NCBI GenBank assembly: GCA_951406725.2
Contig: OX597817.1
Coordinates: 162,378,001-162,442,000, forward strand
DNA length: 64,000 nucleotides
Direction: 5' to 3'
Origin: Octopus vulgaris
Taxonomy: Eukaryota
How positions within the stretch are numbered: the stretch's first letter is position 1; each line of letters opens with the position of its first letter. This document shows, piece after piece, positions 27,134 to 38,864 of this stretch. A program made the position numbers and the translations under genes. Below the pieces are notes generated by a model. It did no database searches. It was not told the origin of the DNA and saw only the letters and a list, made by a program, of their open reading frames with translations.

Positions 27134-27547
27134 AGTGGTGCAAGTGAGGACCCTCTTTTAATTCTACCCTTAGGTTCTAATTGCTAATAAGCCACCCCTT
27201 TTTAATTTGTTGTTTATACTTTTGCCATTTTGGAAATCAGCACATGTTTTCAATGGTTTTTCTCATCAGACTGACAGAGGTAGTCAAGTTTAACCCTAGG
27301 CATTAAGAACTGCTGATCAGGAATTAAGATGGTCTACATCAAAATCCAAAATCCCAATCCAGCTGTGTATGCTGGGGACTTACCTCCCTTTGTCAGTCAC
27401 TTAAGACGGTGTGTTTGTGGCTTTCAGTTAGTTTAACTCTTATTTTTAGCAAAAGCGGTGCTAGTCAGTACCTTCTGTCATTTTTGTGACTTCTATTAAT
27501 TTCGCCTTTGGGTTCTAATTGCTAATAAGCCACCCTTTTTAATTTAT
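27134..27547 (+). mobile_element. Old retrozyme/PLE-like element: 338-bp period with terminal direct repeat and hammerhead relic
   Basis: GGTTCTAATTGCTAATAAGCCACCC repeated at 27173 and 27511; degenerate hammerhead at 27310-27362; flanked by TA repeats. Confidence 0.5.
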
Positions 27548-27575
27548 TATATATATATATATATATATATATCAT

Positions 27576-27620
<45 letters not shown>

Positions 27621-27780
27621 TATAGGAGTAGCTGTGTGGTAAGTAGCTTGCTTACGAACCATATGGTTCTGGGTTCAGTCCCACTGGGTGGCACCTTGGG
27701 CAAGTGTCTTCTACTATAGCCTCGGGTTGACCAAAGCCTTGTGAGTGGATTTGGTAGACGGAAACTGAAAGAAGCTTGTC

Positions 27781-27863
<83 letters not shown>

Positions 27864-28229
27864 GTGTGTGTGTGTGTATATATATGTTTTGTGTGACTGT
27901 GTTTCTCCCCACCAATGCTGGTGTGTTTACATGCACATAACTTAGCAGTTCAGCAAAAGAGAGCAATAAATTAAGTACTATGCTTACAAAGAATAAGTCA
28001 TGGGGGCGATTTGCTCGACTAAAGATGGTGCTCCAGCATGACCACAGTCAAACGACTGAAACAAGTAAAAGAGTAAAAGAGAGTAAAAGAGTGTGTGTGT
28101 GTATGTATCTTTGTGCCTGTGTTTGTCCCCACCACCACCACCACCACCACCACCACTTGACAACCAGTGTAGGTGTGTTTATGTCCCCATAACTTAGCGG
28201 TTTGCCAAAAGAGACTTGTTCTCACACTA

Positions 28230-29430
28230 GATGGGAGCGGTGGGACCATTGGAACAAAGCAGTGATGTCCCATTTTGGAGATTGGTATAACTCTTGATGC
28301 CAAAGTTCGGTACCAAACCCTCTAGAATATTCCATATATATATATATATCACTGCATATCTCTCCTGTCTTTGTGGAGACACATGGCCAAGTGGTTAGAG
28401 CAGCGGACTCGCGGTTGAGGGATTGTGGGTTTGAATCTCAGACTGGGCGATATGTATGTTTATGAGTGAAACACCTAAGCTCCAGCAGAAGGTAATGGCG
28501 AACTTCTGCTGACCCTTTCGCCACAACTTTCTCTAACTCTTTCCTCCAGCATCTTGCAGCTCACCTGCGACGGACCGGCATCCCGTCCAGGCGGGGAACA
28601 CATACACCAAGGAAACTGGGAAACTGGCCCTTATGAGCCAGGCATGGCTCGAGAAGGAACAAACATATTATCTAGTAAGTCAAATATCTTCTGTCTTTGC
28701 TCAAGGAAGCAGAGTCATAACTCCTTCAGTCTTTCCCAGTAGTTCAGCTGTTCCATTAATGCAATCTTTCTTATGTAGCATCACTGAACTGCCCTAAGGT
28801 TCTCTATTAATTAGACACTTTGAGGTGACCACAGTGTTGAGAACACTAGTCCAGATGGCTGAGAACAAGTGTCCTCCATAGAACCAGTATAATTTCCTGG
28901 TCTCTTGTTCTAAAATTCTCAGAATCCATCCAGCCATTCACCTGCACATTCCTTTCTACTCTAGGCACAAGTCCCGAAATTTTGGGGGAAGGGGCCAGTC
29001 AATTAGATCAACCCTAGTATGCAACTGGTACTTAATCTATCAACCCCGAAAGGATGAAAGGCAAAGTTGACCTCAGCGGAATTTGAACTCAGATCGTAAA
29101 GACAGACAAAATACCTATTTCTTTACTACCCATAAGGGGCTAAACACAGAGAGGACAAACAAGGACAGACAAACAGATTAAGTCGATTATATCGACCCCA
29201 GTGCGTAACTCGATTATTTAATCGACCCCGAAAGGATGAAAGGCAAAGTCAACCTCGGCAGAATTTGAACTCAGAAGGTAGCAGCAGACAAAATACCGCT
29301 CAGCATTTCGCCCGGCATGCTAACGTTTCTGCCAGCTCGCCACCTTTATTCACCTGCACATTGTCACCATCTTGGTGATATGTACATGAAACCAGGCGTT
29401 GTTGCTCTTCTCAATCCCTAGATCATGCAT
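28230..29430 (-). mobile_element. Decayed CR1/L2-type LINE RT C-terminal fragment, interrupted by two SINEs
   Basis: With frameshifts: MAGWILR..RTRDQEIILVLWRTLVLSHLD*CSQ..WSP, LNYWERLKEL..LEQRQERYAVIY, IWNILEGLVPNFGI. Confidence 0.8.
28951..29347 (-). mobile_element. Dimeric family-C SINE
   Basis: One head and two body units with different tails inside a single 15-bp TSD ATTCACCTGCACATT (28936, 29348). Confidence 0.88.
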
Positions 29431-29909
29431 TTTACTTGACTCTGAGGTTGCCACTCCTTTTGCTTCGAAGTATCATCGCTGATAAGACCTAAATAGGCTG
29501 AAACATGTTTGGATTTGTCACCACACTTACCAAAGATGAGACTCACTCCCTTACTGCATTGTTCACACTTTATTTACAGTAAATTTTAATGTGATAATAT
29601 CTGTATTTCTTGCTCTGAATTAAACATTATGCAAATGATAATGACCTTCTCTTCACCATGTGTGCATTATAAATGAATTAAAAAGTCATGACTCATTACA
29701 AGAAGTATGTTAGCCCTGATCTTGTCATTTAGTTTTTATCTACACTCTAATATAATGATAGCCTTGAACTGAGGGACGGTTCGCAATTACCTGTTTGGTA
29801 CGCTCTGTCCAAAGTGGCTAGCTATTAATTATCAGTATCAGTAGTAATAGTAGTAGTAGTAGTGGTGGTGGTGGTGGTGGTGGTGGTGGTGGTAGTAGCA
29901 GCAGCAGCA

Positions 29910-30115
29910 GCCGTTCAAGAATTTGGACCTGGAGATTTCCATTTCCAGCGACTTCGAGGGCCACCTCCCAGTGGTCTTGGGTGTCAACGAAGATCCCTCG
30001 ACTACAACAAGACGACCAAAGTTTTTTTCTTTTTTTCCCGCCCCTAAACCCTAGATCATCACCTAATCACCCTTACCTGTCTTGTTTCTTAACAACAACA
30101 ACAACAACAACAACA
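29910..30115 (+). mobile_element. Short dispersed repeat with (AAC)n tail; second copy at 42305-42476
   Basis: Shared TTTGGACCTGGAGAT.TCCATTTCCAGC.ACTTCGAGGGCCACCTCCCAGTGGT...CACCTAATCACCCTTACCTGTCTTG. Confidence 0.75.
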
Positions 30116-31150
30116 GCAGCAGCAGCAGCCACCACCACCACCACCATCACCACCACCACCAAAGGCCCAGTGACTTGATTCACTTGTACTACATCTCCTG
30201 GTAATAACAACTACTCATACATCTACTGGCTTTGACTTTAGTATTTAGTTTGTGCTTCGCAGTTCATTAGTTAAGTTCGTTTAGATTCTGAGTTAAAATC
30301 CTGCCAAGGTTCACTTCATCTTTCATTCTTCTAGGATTGATAAAATTAGCAATAATCAATTCATCTCAACTGCATTATAGGTCCCTGGGCAAATCACTGC
30401 ACTGGGCCCTAAAGTATTTATTTATTTATTGACAGCAAGCCAGAGCATACATAGATCAGAATTGGATCCTTAGTTACATAAGATCACCAAGCAAATCAAT
30501 GCTCTGGCCCTAAAGTATTTATTTATTTATTGACAGCAAGCCACAACAGACATAGACCTTACCTTTCATCCTTTTGGGGTCGATAAATTAGCTACCAGTT
30601 GCATACTAGGGGTTGATCTAATTGACTGGGGCCCCCTCCTCAAAAATTTCAGGCCTTGTGCCTAGAATAGAAAGGAATACTTATTTATTGACAGCAAGCC
30701 ATAGCATACATCATCATCAGCATCAACATTTAATGCCTGTTTTCCATGCTGGCATTGGTTGGATGGCTTGACAGGAACTGGCAAGTCCAGGGGCCACATC
30801 AGGTTCCATAATCTGTTTTGGCTTGGTTTATACAGCTGGATACTCTTCCTAACACTAACACTTCACAGAGTATACTGAGTGCTTTCTACATGGCACCAGT
30901 ACCAGTGCTTTTTATGTGGCACCAGCACTGGTAGATTTTATGTGGCACTAGCACCCACACCAATGCTTTTTATATGGCACCTTGGTTTTAAGATCTCAAT
31001 TCTGTTGTGATGGACACCACTAAACCCATGCAGTCCTCAGGCAGATCAGTGCACTGAGCCCTTTAGTATTTATTAATTGACAGCAAATCTCAACTACATA
31101 GAGCAGAATTGGGTCCCTAGATCTGTGAGTACCACAGGCAACTGCCTTAA

Positions 31151-31371
31151 ACCTTTCATTACCAACCCGGCTGAAACTGGCTCTGGCTCTGTGGTACAAA
31201 TGTCTTGTTTTCATAAGTTTTGAATTAAAATCTTCCACCAAACCTTAGTCACAATTTATGTTCCTATCACTAGCTTAATGATAACCAAGTTATTTTACTA
31301 AATTCTTTGTCATATTTAAAGTGATTGAAAGGAACACAGAGTATCTCAAAATAAATACAGTAACAAAAGAG
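31151..31371. mobile_element. piggyBac-type MITE
   Basis: TTAA on both sides; degenerate TIR ACCTTTCATTAC / GTAACAAAAGAG. Confidence 0.7.
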
Positions 31372-32021
31372 TTAAGGTAGCAATAGCAACAGTCAGGTTT
31401 TGGAATGAATTTCTTTGACTCTACCCAACACCAAAATGTGGCCTTACGTCTATGTGAAAAAGCCTTATCATCAACATTAGTAACAGAATCAAGGGTAGCA
31501 AGCTGCTAGAATGATTAAAAGTGTTGGAAATAATACCTTGCAGTATTTCTTCCAGCTCTGTAAGTTCTAAGTTCAAATCCTGTCAAAGTCAACTTTGCCT
31601 TTTATCCTTTTAGGGTCGATGAAATAAAGTACAGTGAAGTAAATAAAGTGCAGTCAAGGGGTTGGTGGTACTAAATAACCCCTCCCTGCAAAATTCCTTG
31701 CTTAATGCCTAAATCAGAAACCATCAAGGTCAACTTTGCTTATCATCCTTTCAGTCACATAATCTTTTCTACTCTAGGCACAAGGCCTGAAATTTGGGGG
31801 GAGGGTGAAGGGGGCAGTCGATTAGATTGACCCAGTATGCAACTGGTACTTAATTTATCAACCCCAAAAAGATGAAATACAAAGTTAACCGTGGCAGAAT
31901 TTGAACTTAGAATGTAAAGACAGACGAAATACCACTAAGCATTTCGCCTGGCATGTGTAACTCAACACTGTATGGTATTTATTCGACTACTCTTTTGTAC
32001 CTGTATATATACTATGTACTA

Positions 32022-32254
32022 CAGGGTCGGCCAAAAGTCACCCGACAATACATCAAAATTCCATCAATACTTTCTGTAATTCTGTATTGACACCAATGCA
32101 AAAACGTGTTGCTCAAGAAGGTCTTCAGTTTGAACAATTTTCATGATGTTCCATATTTAAATGCTTTTATTAAATTCATTCAGTTGTTAAACATAAATAA
32201 ATCTTGGAATTAAATGGTTTTGATTTACTGTCATCTGACTTTTGATCAACTCTG
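32022..32254. mobile_element. Tc1/mariner-type MITE
   Basis: TIR CAGGGTCGGCCAAAAGTCACCCGACA / TGTCATCTGACTTTTGATCAACTCTG; TA TSD. Confidence 0.8.
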
Positions 32255-32281
32255 TATAACTGAACGCACGCGGACGAGTGA

Positions 32282-32314
<33 letters not shown>

Positions 32315-32505
32315 TCCTAATCTTAGGAAAACAAGGTAAGGGATATAATCCATGCGAATCTTACCCCAGGGGAGATAACGCAAACACTTTTATGGGGAGA
32401 TAATCAAGATCATTTTAATGCGAATTAAATGAATAGTTCGTTCGTGTCAGCGAGTGGGAATTTACGCTTTCTATCGATTAGTTCGAAATATCAACCGAAT
32501 TTCAC

Positions 32506-32539
<34 letters not shown>

Positions 32540-33174
32540 TGTGTGGGTGTGTGTGTATCTGACTAATGTAGTCAGTCCTACATATAACATCCGAAAGATA
32601 GTGATTATAGATCTGCTTCGTTCGAACTGACCTCTTCAGCGACTTTCTATCCCACGTGCCCTCTTCTATTCTGTTTAGTTCATTCTCTGAATGAGTCTCA
32701 GGATGTGTAACGAAACCTTTCAAACAACTCGAATCTTTACTGGGAAGTTACTTTAACATTATAATGGTTCGATGAATGTTTTATGGTAGAGTATATTTTA
32801 AATGCGAGCATATCACAAATGCTTATATTCCGCCTAATAAACGCGTTTGAACTACTGTTATCACGAAGTATTCTTATCAAATGAGTAAAAGATAGAACAA
32901 ATGAAAAGATCGAAATATGAGAAAATAAAGGTCTGTTAGCCAAATCAAGAACAGTAAAACATTTCAGTATGGACACTCGATAATAAGGATCCACTAGCTA
33001 GTAATAACGACCACTGAAACGAAACTGTTGCTTTGGTAGAAGAAGAACATCAACCATTGGATTTTGGATGTTCTCACAGCTGCGGAAATACTCAGAAATG
33101 TGTCGACTGCTCCTTGATGGCCATGACATACTAGATGAGATACTGTTAAGAATGTCTTGCGATTTAACTCCAGG

Positions 33175-33312
33175 CACTAGCGTAGCCAGAGAGGGGTAGA
33201 TATGGTCCACCCTAGGCTTTCTTTTGTAGGCAGTATGTGTTTTTTGTGTGGGGTCCAGGAGCGGCAAATAGAAGGGCCACCCGAAGCGTAACACACACTA
33301 GCTACGCTATTT
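33175..33312. mobile_element. 138-bp hAT-type MITE
   Basis: Perfect 8-bp TSD ACTCCAGG (33167, 33313); TIR CACTAGCGTAGC / GCTACGCTATTT. Confidence 0.8.
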
Positions 33313-33560
33313 ACTCCAGGTCATCCATAATCATGGAGATATGAGCAAAAGTCTTCCAAGTATGGTCATAAAAGCACTTTCGTTTTACAGCATATGTATG
33401 ACTACATTATTAAATGTAGCCTTCCTGTTTTATAACGTTGGAAAGCAGACATTCAATGATGATGATGATGTATCAGGTTGAGTGACTTTGTAAAGATTCA
33501 ATCTTTGGTTTGTTATAAGAAAGTTAATTATGATACAGAATCTCTGACAATATATATATA

Positions 33561-33968
33561 TCATCATCATCATCATCATCATCATCGTTTAACGTCCATT
33601 TTCCATGCTAGCATGGGTTGGACGGTTCAACCGATGTCTGGGAAGCCAGGAGGCTGCACCAAGCTCCAGTCTGATTTGGCAATGTTTCTACAGCTTGATG
33701 CCCTTCCTAACACCAACTACTCCGTGAGTGTAGTGGATGCTTTTTACGTGCCACCAGCACAGGGGCCAGGGAAGGCTGGCAGCGGTCACGATCGGTTGGT
33801 GCTTTTTACGTGCCACCAGCACAGAAGCCAGTCAATGCGGCACTGGCATCGGCCATGTTCGGATGGTGCTTTTTACGTGCCACCGGCACAGGTGTCACAA
33901 CTACAATTTCCATTTGATATTTATTTTGATGTTGATGTACTTCACTCAATAGGTCTCCTCAAGTACAG
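33561..33968 (-). mobile_element. RTE-like LINE 3'-end repeat with (ATG)n tail and internal subrepeats of about 45-50 bp
   Basis: (CAT)n-CGTTTAACGTCC..TTTCCATGCTAGCATGGGTTGGACG and repeated GGTGCTTTTTACGTGCCACC. Copies at 26510-27120, 30710-31020, 39510-39970, 47817-48150, 57146-57430, 57800-58425, 59575-59930, 61885-62335, 63098-63610. Confidence 0.75.
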
Positions 33969-34074
33969 GATAAAATCATGTAAATGATAATATCAAGTTG
34001 CCAACAGGTTATAAAATCTTGTGGTTAAATTATACTAAAATAATAATTATATATATAAATTATATAATTTATAT

Positions 34075-34216
34075 AACCCTGCTCCAACATGTTGTAAGAA
34101 TACACCAAAAAACGCTATAAAACCACCTTTAGCTCCTGTGAAAATATTTCTGCAGGAGCTAAAGGTGGTTTTATAATGTTTTTTGCCATATTCTTACAAC
34201 ATGTTGGATTAGGGTT
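34075..34216. repeat. Long near-perfect inverted repeat (arms of about 65 bp)
   Basis: AACCCT..TCCAACATGTTGTAAGAATA..TATAAAACCACCTTTAGCTCCTG / CAGGAGCTAAAGGTGGTTTTATA..TATTCTTACAACATGTTGGA..AGGGTT. Confidence 0.9.
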
Positions 34217-34241
34217 TTTTTCCTGTTCCCTTATATAATTA

Positions 34242-34628
34242 CTAGCAGTATCGCCCGGCGTTGCTCGGGTTTGTAAGGGAAATAACTATATAAGCATTTT
34301 TAGAGAGTTATAGCCAAAAGATAGCAAAAAAATGCATTAAAAATGGAAAAAAAATGATGGTAAATTTTTTTTAAATCGTTGACACTTTTAGAGAGTTACT
34401 TCCCTTATATAATAGCGAAAAATGCATTAAAATGGGAAAAAATGATGGTAAATTTTTTTTTAAATCGTAGACTCATCGTAGATGCACTAATACCCAGAAA
34501 GGTTCGATATGAATCACGACTATAAGATACCCGGTTTTGGTTAAACTGCACTGCAAAATGTGGGAGTAGTTAGGAATCTAAATCGTAGGAGACAGACACG
34601 CACACAACTTCACTTTTATATATAAAGA
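34242..34628 (-). mobile_element. Non-autonomous Helitron, second copy
   Basis: Reverse complement of 19398-19778 with the same termini. Confidence 0.85.
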
Positions 34629-36139
34629 TATAATTATTTTAGTATATGTATGTGTGTATGTGTGTATGTATGTATGAGAGAGAGAGGAGAGAAAGATAGT
34701 GAAGATGTGACAAAGTTAGAGCAGGGACCATATGCCCAAGTTACAGGGTTGTGTATAAGTGAACCTGGGTTTGGAGAAGATGAATGGGTGGGTGAGTTCA
34801 CAAGCTTTTGAAAGGAGTAGGGGCTAGACGTAGAAGAATATCAACTACTGAGGTTGCAAAAACAAAAGGACTTGCCCTCAACAGTATGCATCATACAGGG
34901 ACAGGTGTCTGCAATAGTATTTCCACACTTGTACACACTCCCCACATCAATAAGGTACCACTCTAGGGCAGTGGATTCATGGAATTATTAGCAGTACCTT
35001 CCAAAGTGGGGTAAAATATACAAAGCCCAGTATATTCCTCACCTCATCCACTTGGACCCCAAACCTATACACTTCCATAAAAGCATTCCATCACCTCTGC
35101 TACACTCCTCATTATTAGACTTCCAGGACAAGGTGCCTTGTAGAATCTGACGTGGTTCTTTGCATTCTGATTGGAAATTCTACTTAAGGTTTCAAATGTC
35201 GTTGATGACCAGAGTTAACCACCAAACCATGGGGCCATTATTTGATGTTGAAAAGCTGATGAGAGTTGCGATGAATGATGGAGGTTTGTGACTGTCTGCT
35301 ACAGCAGGTGTACAAAGATGATGGAAATTTTAGACACAGAAACAGAAAAGAGCAATAGATTCACCAAAAAATATGAAACATGCATCTATTGCTTATTGAA
35401 TGACTGCATTACTGACTCTACAACACAGCAACTACCATTCTCTCTTCTCATGTTAGGCATTATAAATTGTTTCTCTATTTTAATAATAGTATATTTTATC
35501 CATCATGTGCAATAGAAGTAGTAGTTTAAAACAGCAACTGGTATATCATACTTAAAACAGATACATCAATGAAAGCCTAATTATAGTCAAACAGTGTTAT
35601 CACAGTAAATTAGGCTTTTAATGATATATCTGCTTTAAGTATCATATACAGATTGCTATTTTATTTTATGTTCACAATGTCTCTATCAATAGGTCAGTTG
35701 CTCTTTCCTGTCTCAAATAAGTTTTGATAATACCACGTTAATATAATTATAGTTCTTATTCGTTTTCTCCATGCTAGCATATGTTGAATGAGGCTTATTG
35801 GGGTAGTATTCTACAGCTGGGTGTCCTTCCTTACAACAGCCTTATCTTGTTTTTCAAGTTAGGCACTTTATTTCACAACGCCATATGAACTGCTGAGCTG
35901 ATTTTTGTTGATGTGGGACATAAACACTGTTACACTAAGAAACTGTAACAATTTCATAATAAGGAAAGAAAAAAAAATACATAAGTGAATTCTATATAAC
36001 CTATTCCTCATAATTCCCTATTTTAAATTCAAATTTCTAATCCTTGTTGTGAAGGGATGGTTATCTCCCTTGTATTAACTGCCATCACTAGAGGGAGCTA
36101 CAATTTAACCATATTTTTTTTTAATCAAATGGATTAAAT

Positions 36140-36850
36140 AATAATAGAAATATTAAAATTACTAAGTCTCTCTAAAAGAGAACAGCGGCAGCGTTCCCGG
36201 AAAATAATAGTTATCGCCATACTAATATGGCATTCTTATAAAAATAAGAATAAAGCTGTCCGCTTATTAGCTCCATGAGGCCATCGCCTTAAGTTAGCTA
36301 TTTGATACACAAACTGTATCCATATAACCTTCGAACAAGGGAGGTCAGTCGCTCCACACTACTTGACCGGCAGCTACAGACACGTTTCGGGGTATTGCCC
36401 CTTTTCAATGCAGCGTAGCCAGCCAGTAGGTGTCGCTTCCGACAATCTCTGTTCGATGGTTTTATTTACCTAGTTTCCGTGGAATACATCCACTTGTTTT
36501 CAATAATAGAAATATTAAAATTACTAAGTCTCTCTAAAAGAGAACAGCGGCAGCGTTCCGGAAAATAATAGTTATCGCCATACTAATATGGCATTCTTAT
36601 AAAAATAAGAATAAAGCTGTCCGCTTATTAGCTCCATGAGGCCATCGCCTTAAGTTAGCTATTTGATACACAAACTTTATCCGGTCAAGTAGTGTGGAGC
36701 GACTGACCTCCCTTGTTCGAAGGTTATATGGATACAGTTTGTGTATCAAATAGCTAACTTAAGGCGATGGCCTCATGGAGCTAATAAGCGGACAGCTTTA
36801 TTCTTATTTTTATAAGAATGCCATATTAGTATGGCGATAACTATTATTTT
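36140..36850 (-). mobile_element. Retrozyme-like / non-autonomous Penelope-like element: 362-bp unit x1.5 plus 170-bp inverted copy
   Basis: 36140-36320 is repeated at 36502-36682; 36681-36850 is the reverse complement of 36201-36370; TSD TGGATTAAATAAT at 36130 and 36850; no ORF. Confidence 0.85.
36358..36430 (-). ncRNA. Type I hammerhead ribozyme, U3:A8 core variant; predicted cleavage after GUC (between 36379 and 36378)
   Basis: Minus strand GCUGCA-UUGAAAA-GGGG-caaua-CCCC-GAA-AC-gu-GU-C-UGUAGC; stem I extends via GGCUGGC/GCCGGUC and CUACU/AGUAG. Confidence 0.75.
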
Positions 36851-37319
36851 GGATTAAATAATGATATAATGATATAATTATTTCTAACATTGGCCCAGTG
36901 TTACACATTTATAGGAGAGATCCAAGTATTTAACTGATATAAGAAAGATAAAAAGGAAAAATTCACTCTGATAGAATTTAAACTTAATGGAATAAAATTC
37001 ATATATTTGTAGTGAAAGGCTATATTCAACAGAATCAAGTCCCAGTATATAACGGTACATATTTTATGAAGCCTAGCAGAATAAAACACAAAGTTGATCC
37101 TAATATATATATATATAATTGCTCGAAATACGAAGTAGAAAAGCAGCCAACAACTGATGAAGGGTCGTTTTTTTTTATGTTGCTTGTCTTGTTTTCCATT
37201 ATTTTCTTTCTTTATTTGCAAAAAAAAGTTTATAAAAAAGTTTATGTTTTCATAGTTCATATTCTATGTTGTTTTCACATTTCATGTTGTTTATGTTCTG
37301 TAGTGTTCTGTGCCCATAT

Positions 37320-37720
<401 letters not shown>

Positions 37721-37974
37721 TGTGTGGAGGTGCGTGGCTTAGTGGTTAGGGTGTCAGCATCATGATCGTGAGATTGTGGTTCCGATTCCTGGACTGGGCG
37801 ACGCGTTGTACTCTTGAGCAAAACACTTCATTTCACGTTGCTCCAGTCCACTCCGCTGGCAAAAATGAGTAACGCTGCGATAGACTGGCGTCCCATCCAG
37901 CTGGGGAACACATATGCCATAGAAACTGTGCCCGTGAGCCTGGCTAGGCTTTAAAAGGGCGCATTTATTATTTG

Positions 37975-38061
<87 letters not shown>

Positions 38062-38539
38062 TGTATATTTATACCGGTGTGTGTTTGTGTTTGTCCCCAA
38101 CCACTGCTTGACAACTAATGTTGGTGTGTTTACGTACCCATAATTTAGTAGTTTGGTAAAAAAGACTGACAGAATAAGTACAAAGCATAGAAAAAGATAC
38201 ATAGTGGAGTCAATTCATTTGACTAAAAATTCTTGAAGGCAGTGCCCCAGCATGGCCGCAGTCTAATGACTGAAATACATAAAAGATAAAAGACAGAAAC
38301 GTAGAGGACCATAATTATATATTTTCAGAGGTAATTAACTCAGTGTAATAAGGCTTCTCAGTAACGGCCCACATGATTATACACTGTTAACTGACTTTAA
38401 AAACAATCATAGAAACAAAAAAAAACAAAAAAATAGTGTTACATTAAGATTTAAAAAATTTTATTTTTCTTCTATGAAGACAACATATCTGATCACCCGT
38501 TGATGGATATCTCTGATCATGAAAGATCAGCCAACTGAA

Positions 38540-38549
38540 TTTATTTATT
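38540..38549 (-). promoter_or_regulatory. Candidate polyadenylation signals (overlapping AATAAA) of the ABCG gene
   Basis: tttatttatt on + gives two AATAAA on -, about 320 nt after the stop. The AT-rich context makes a chance match possible. Confidence 0.35.
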
Positions 38550-38864
38550 ATACATTTAAATGTGATACATATATATTCCTAGCAGGGAATAATGGTTCCA
38601 TTCAGGCAAGATGTTTTACCTGAAATACAATTGGGAATAACGCAGAGATCCAAATTCTGTTCTTATGTGGATGCTTTGCCAAATATACATACATACCACA
38701 TTGAATGGATCCTACTATTATATGTACCTTGGTTTTAATGCATATATATATATATACATACAGGAACCTACATATATATGTATATATATAAATATATATA
38801 TACACACACAGGAACCTACTGCTACATACCATGGTCTTAGATTATATATATATGGTACAAATGT

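Noticed and set aside
35255-35285. CTGATGAG hammerhead-like heptamer
   Set aside because: No stem II or GAAA follows.
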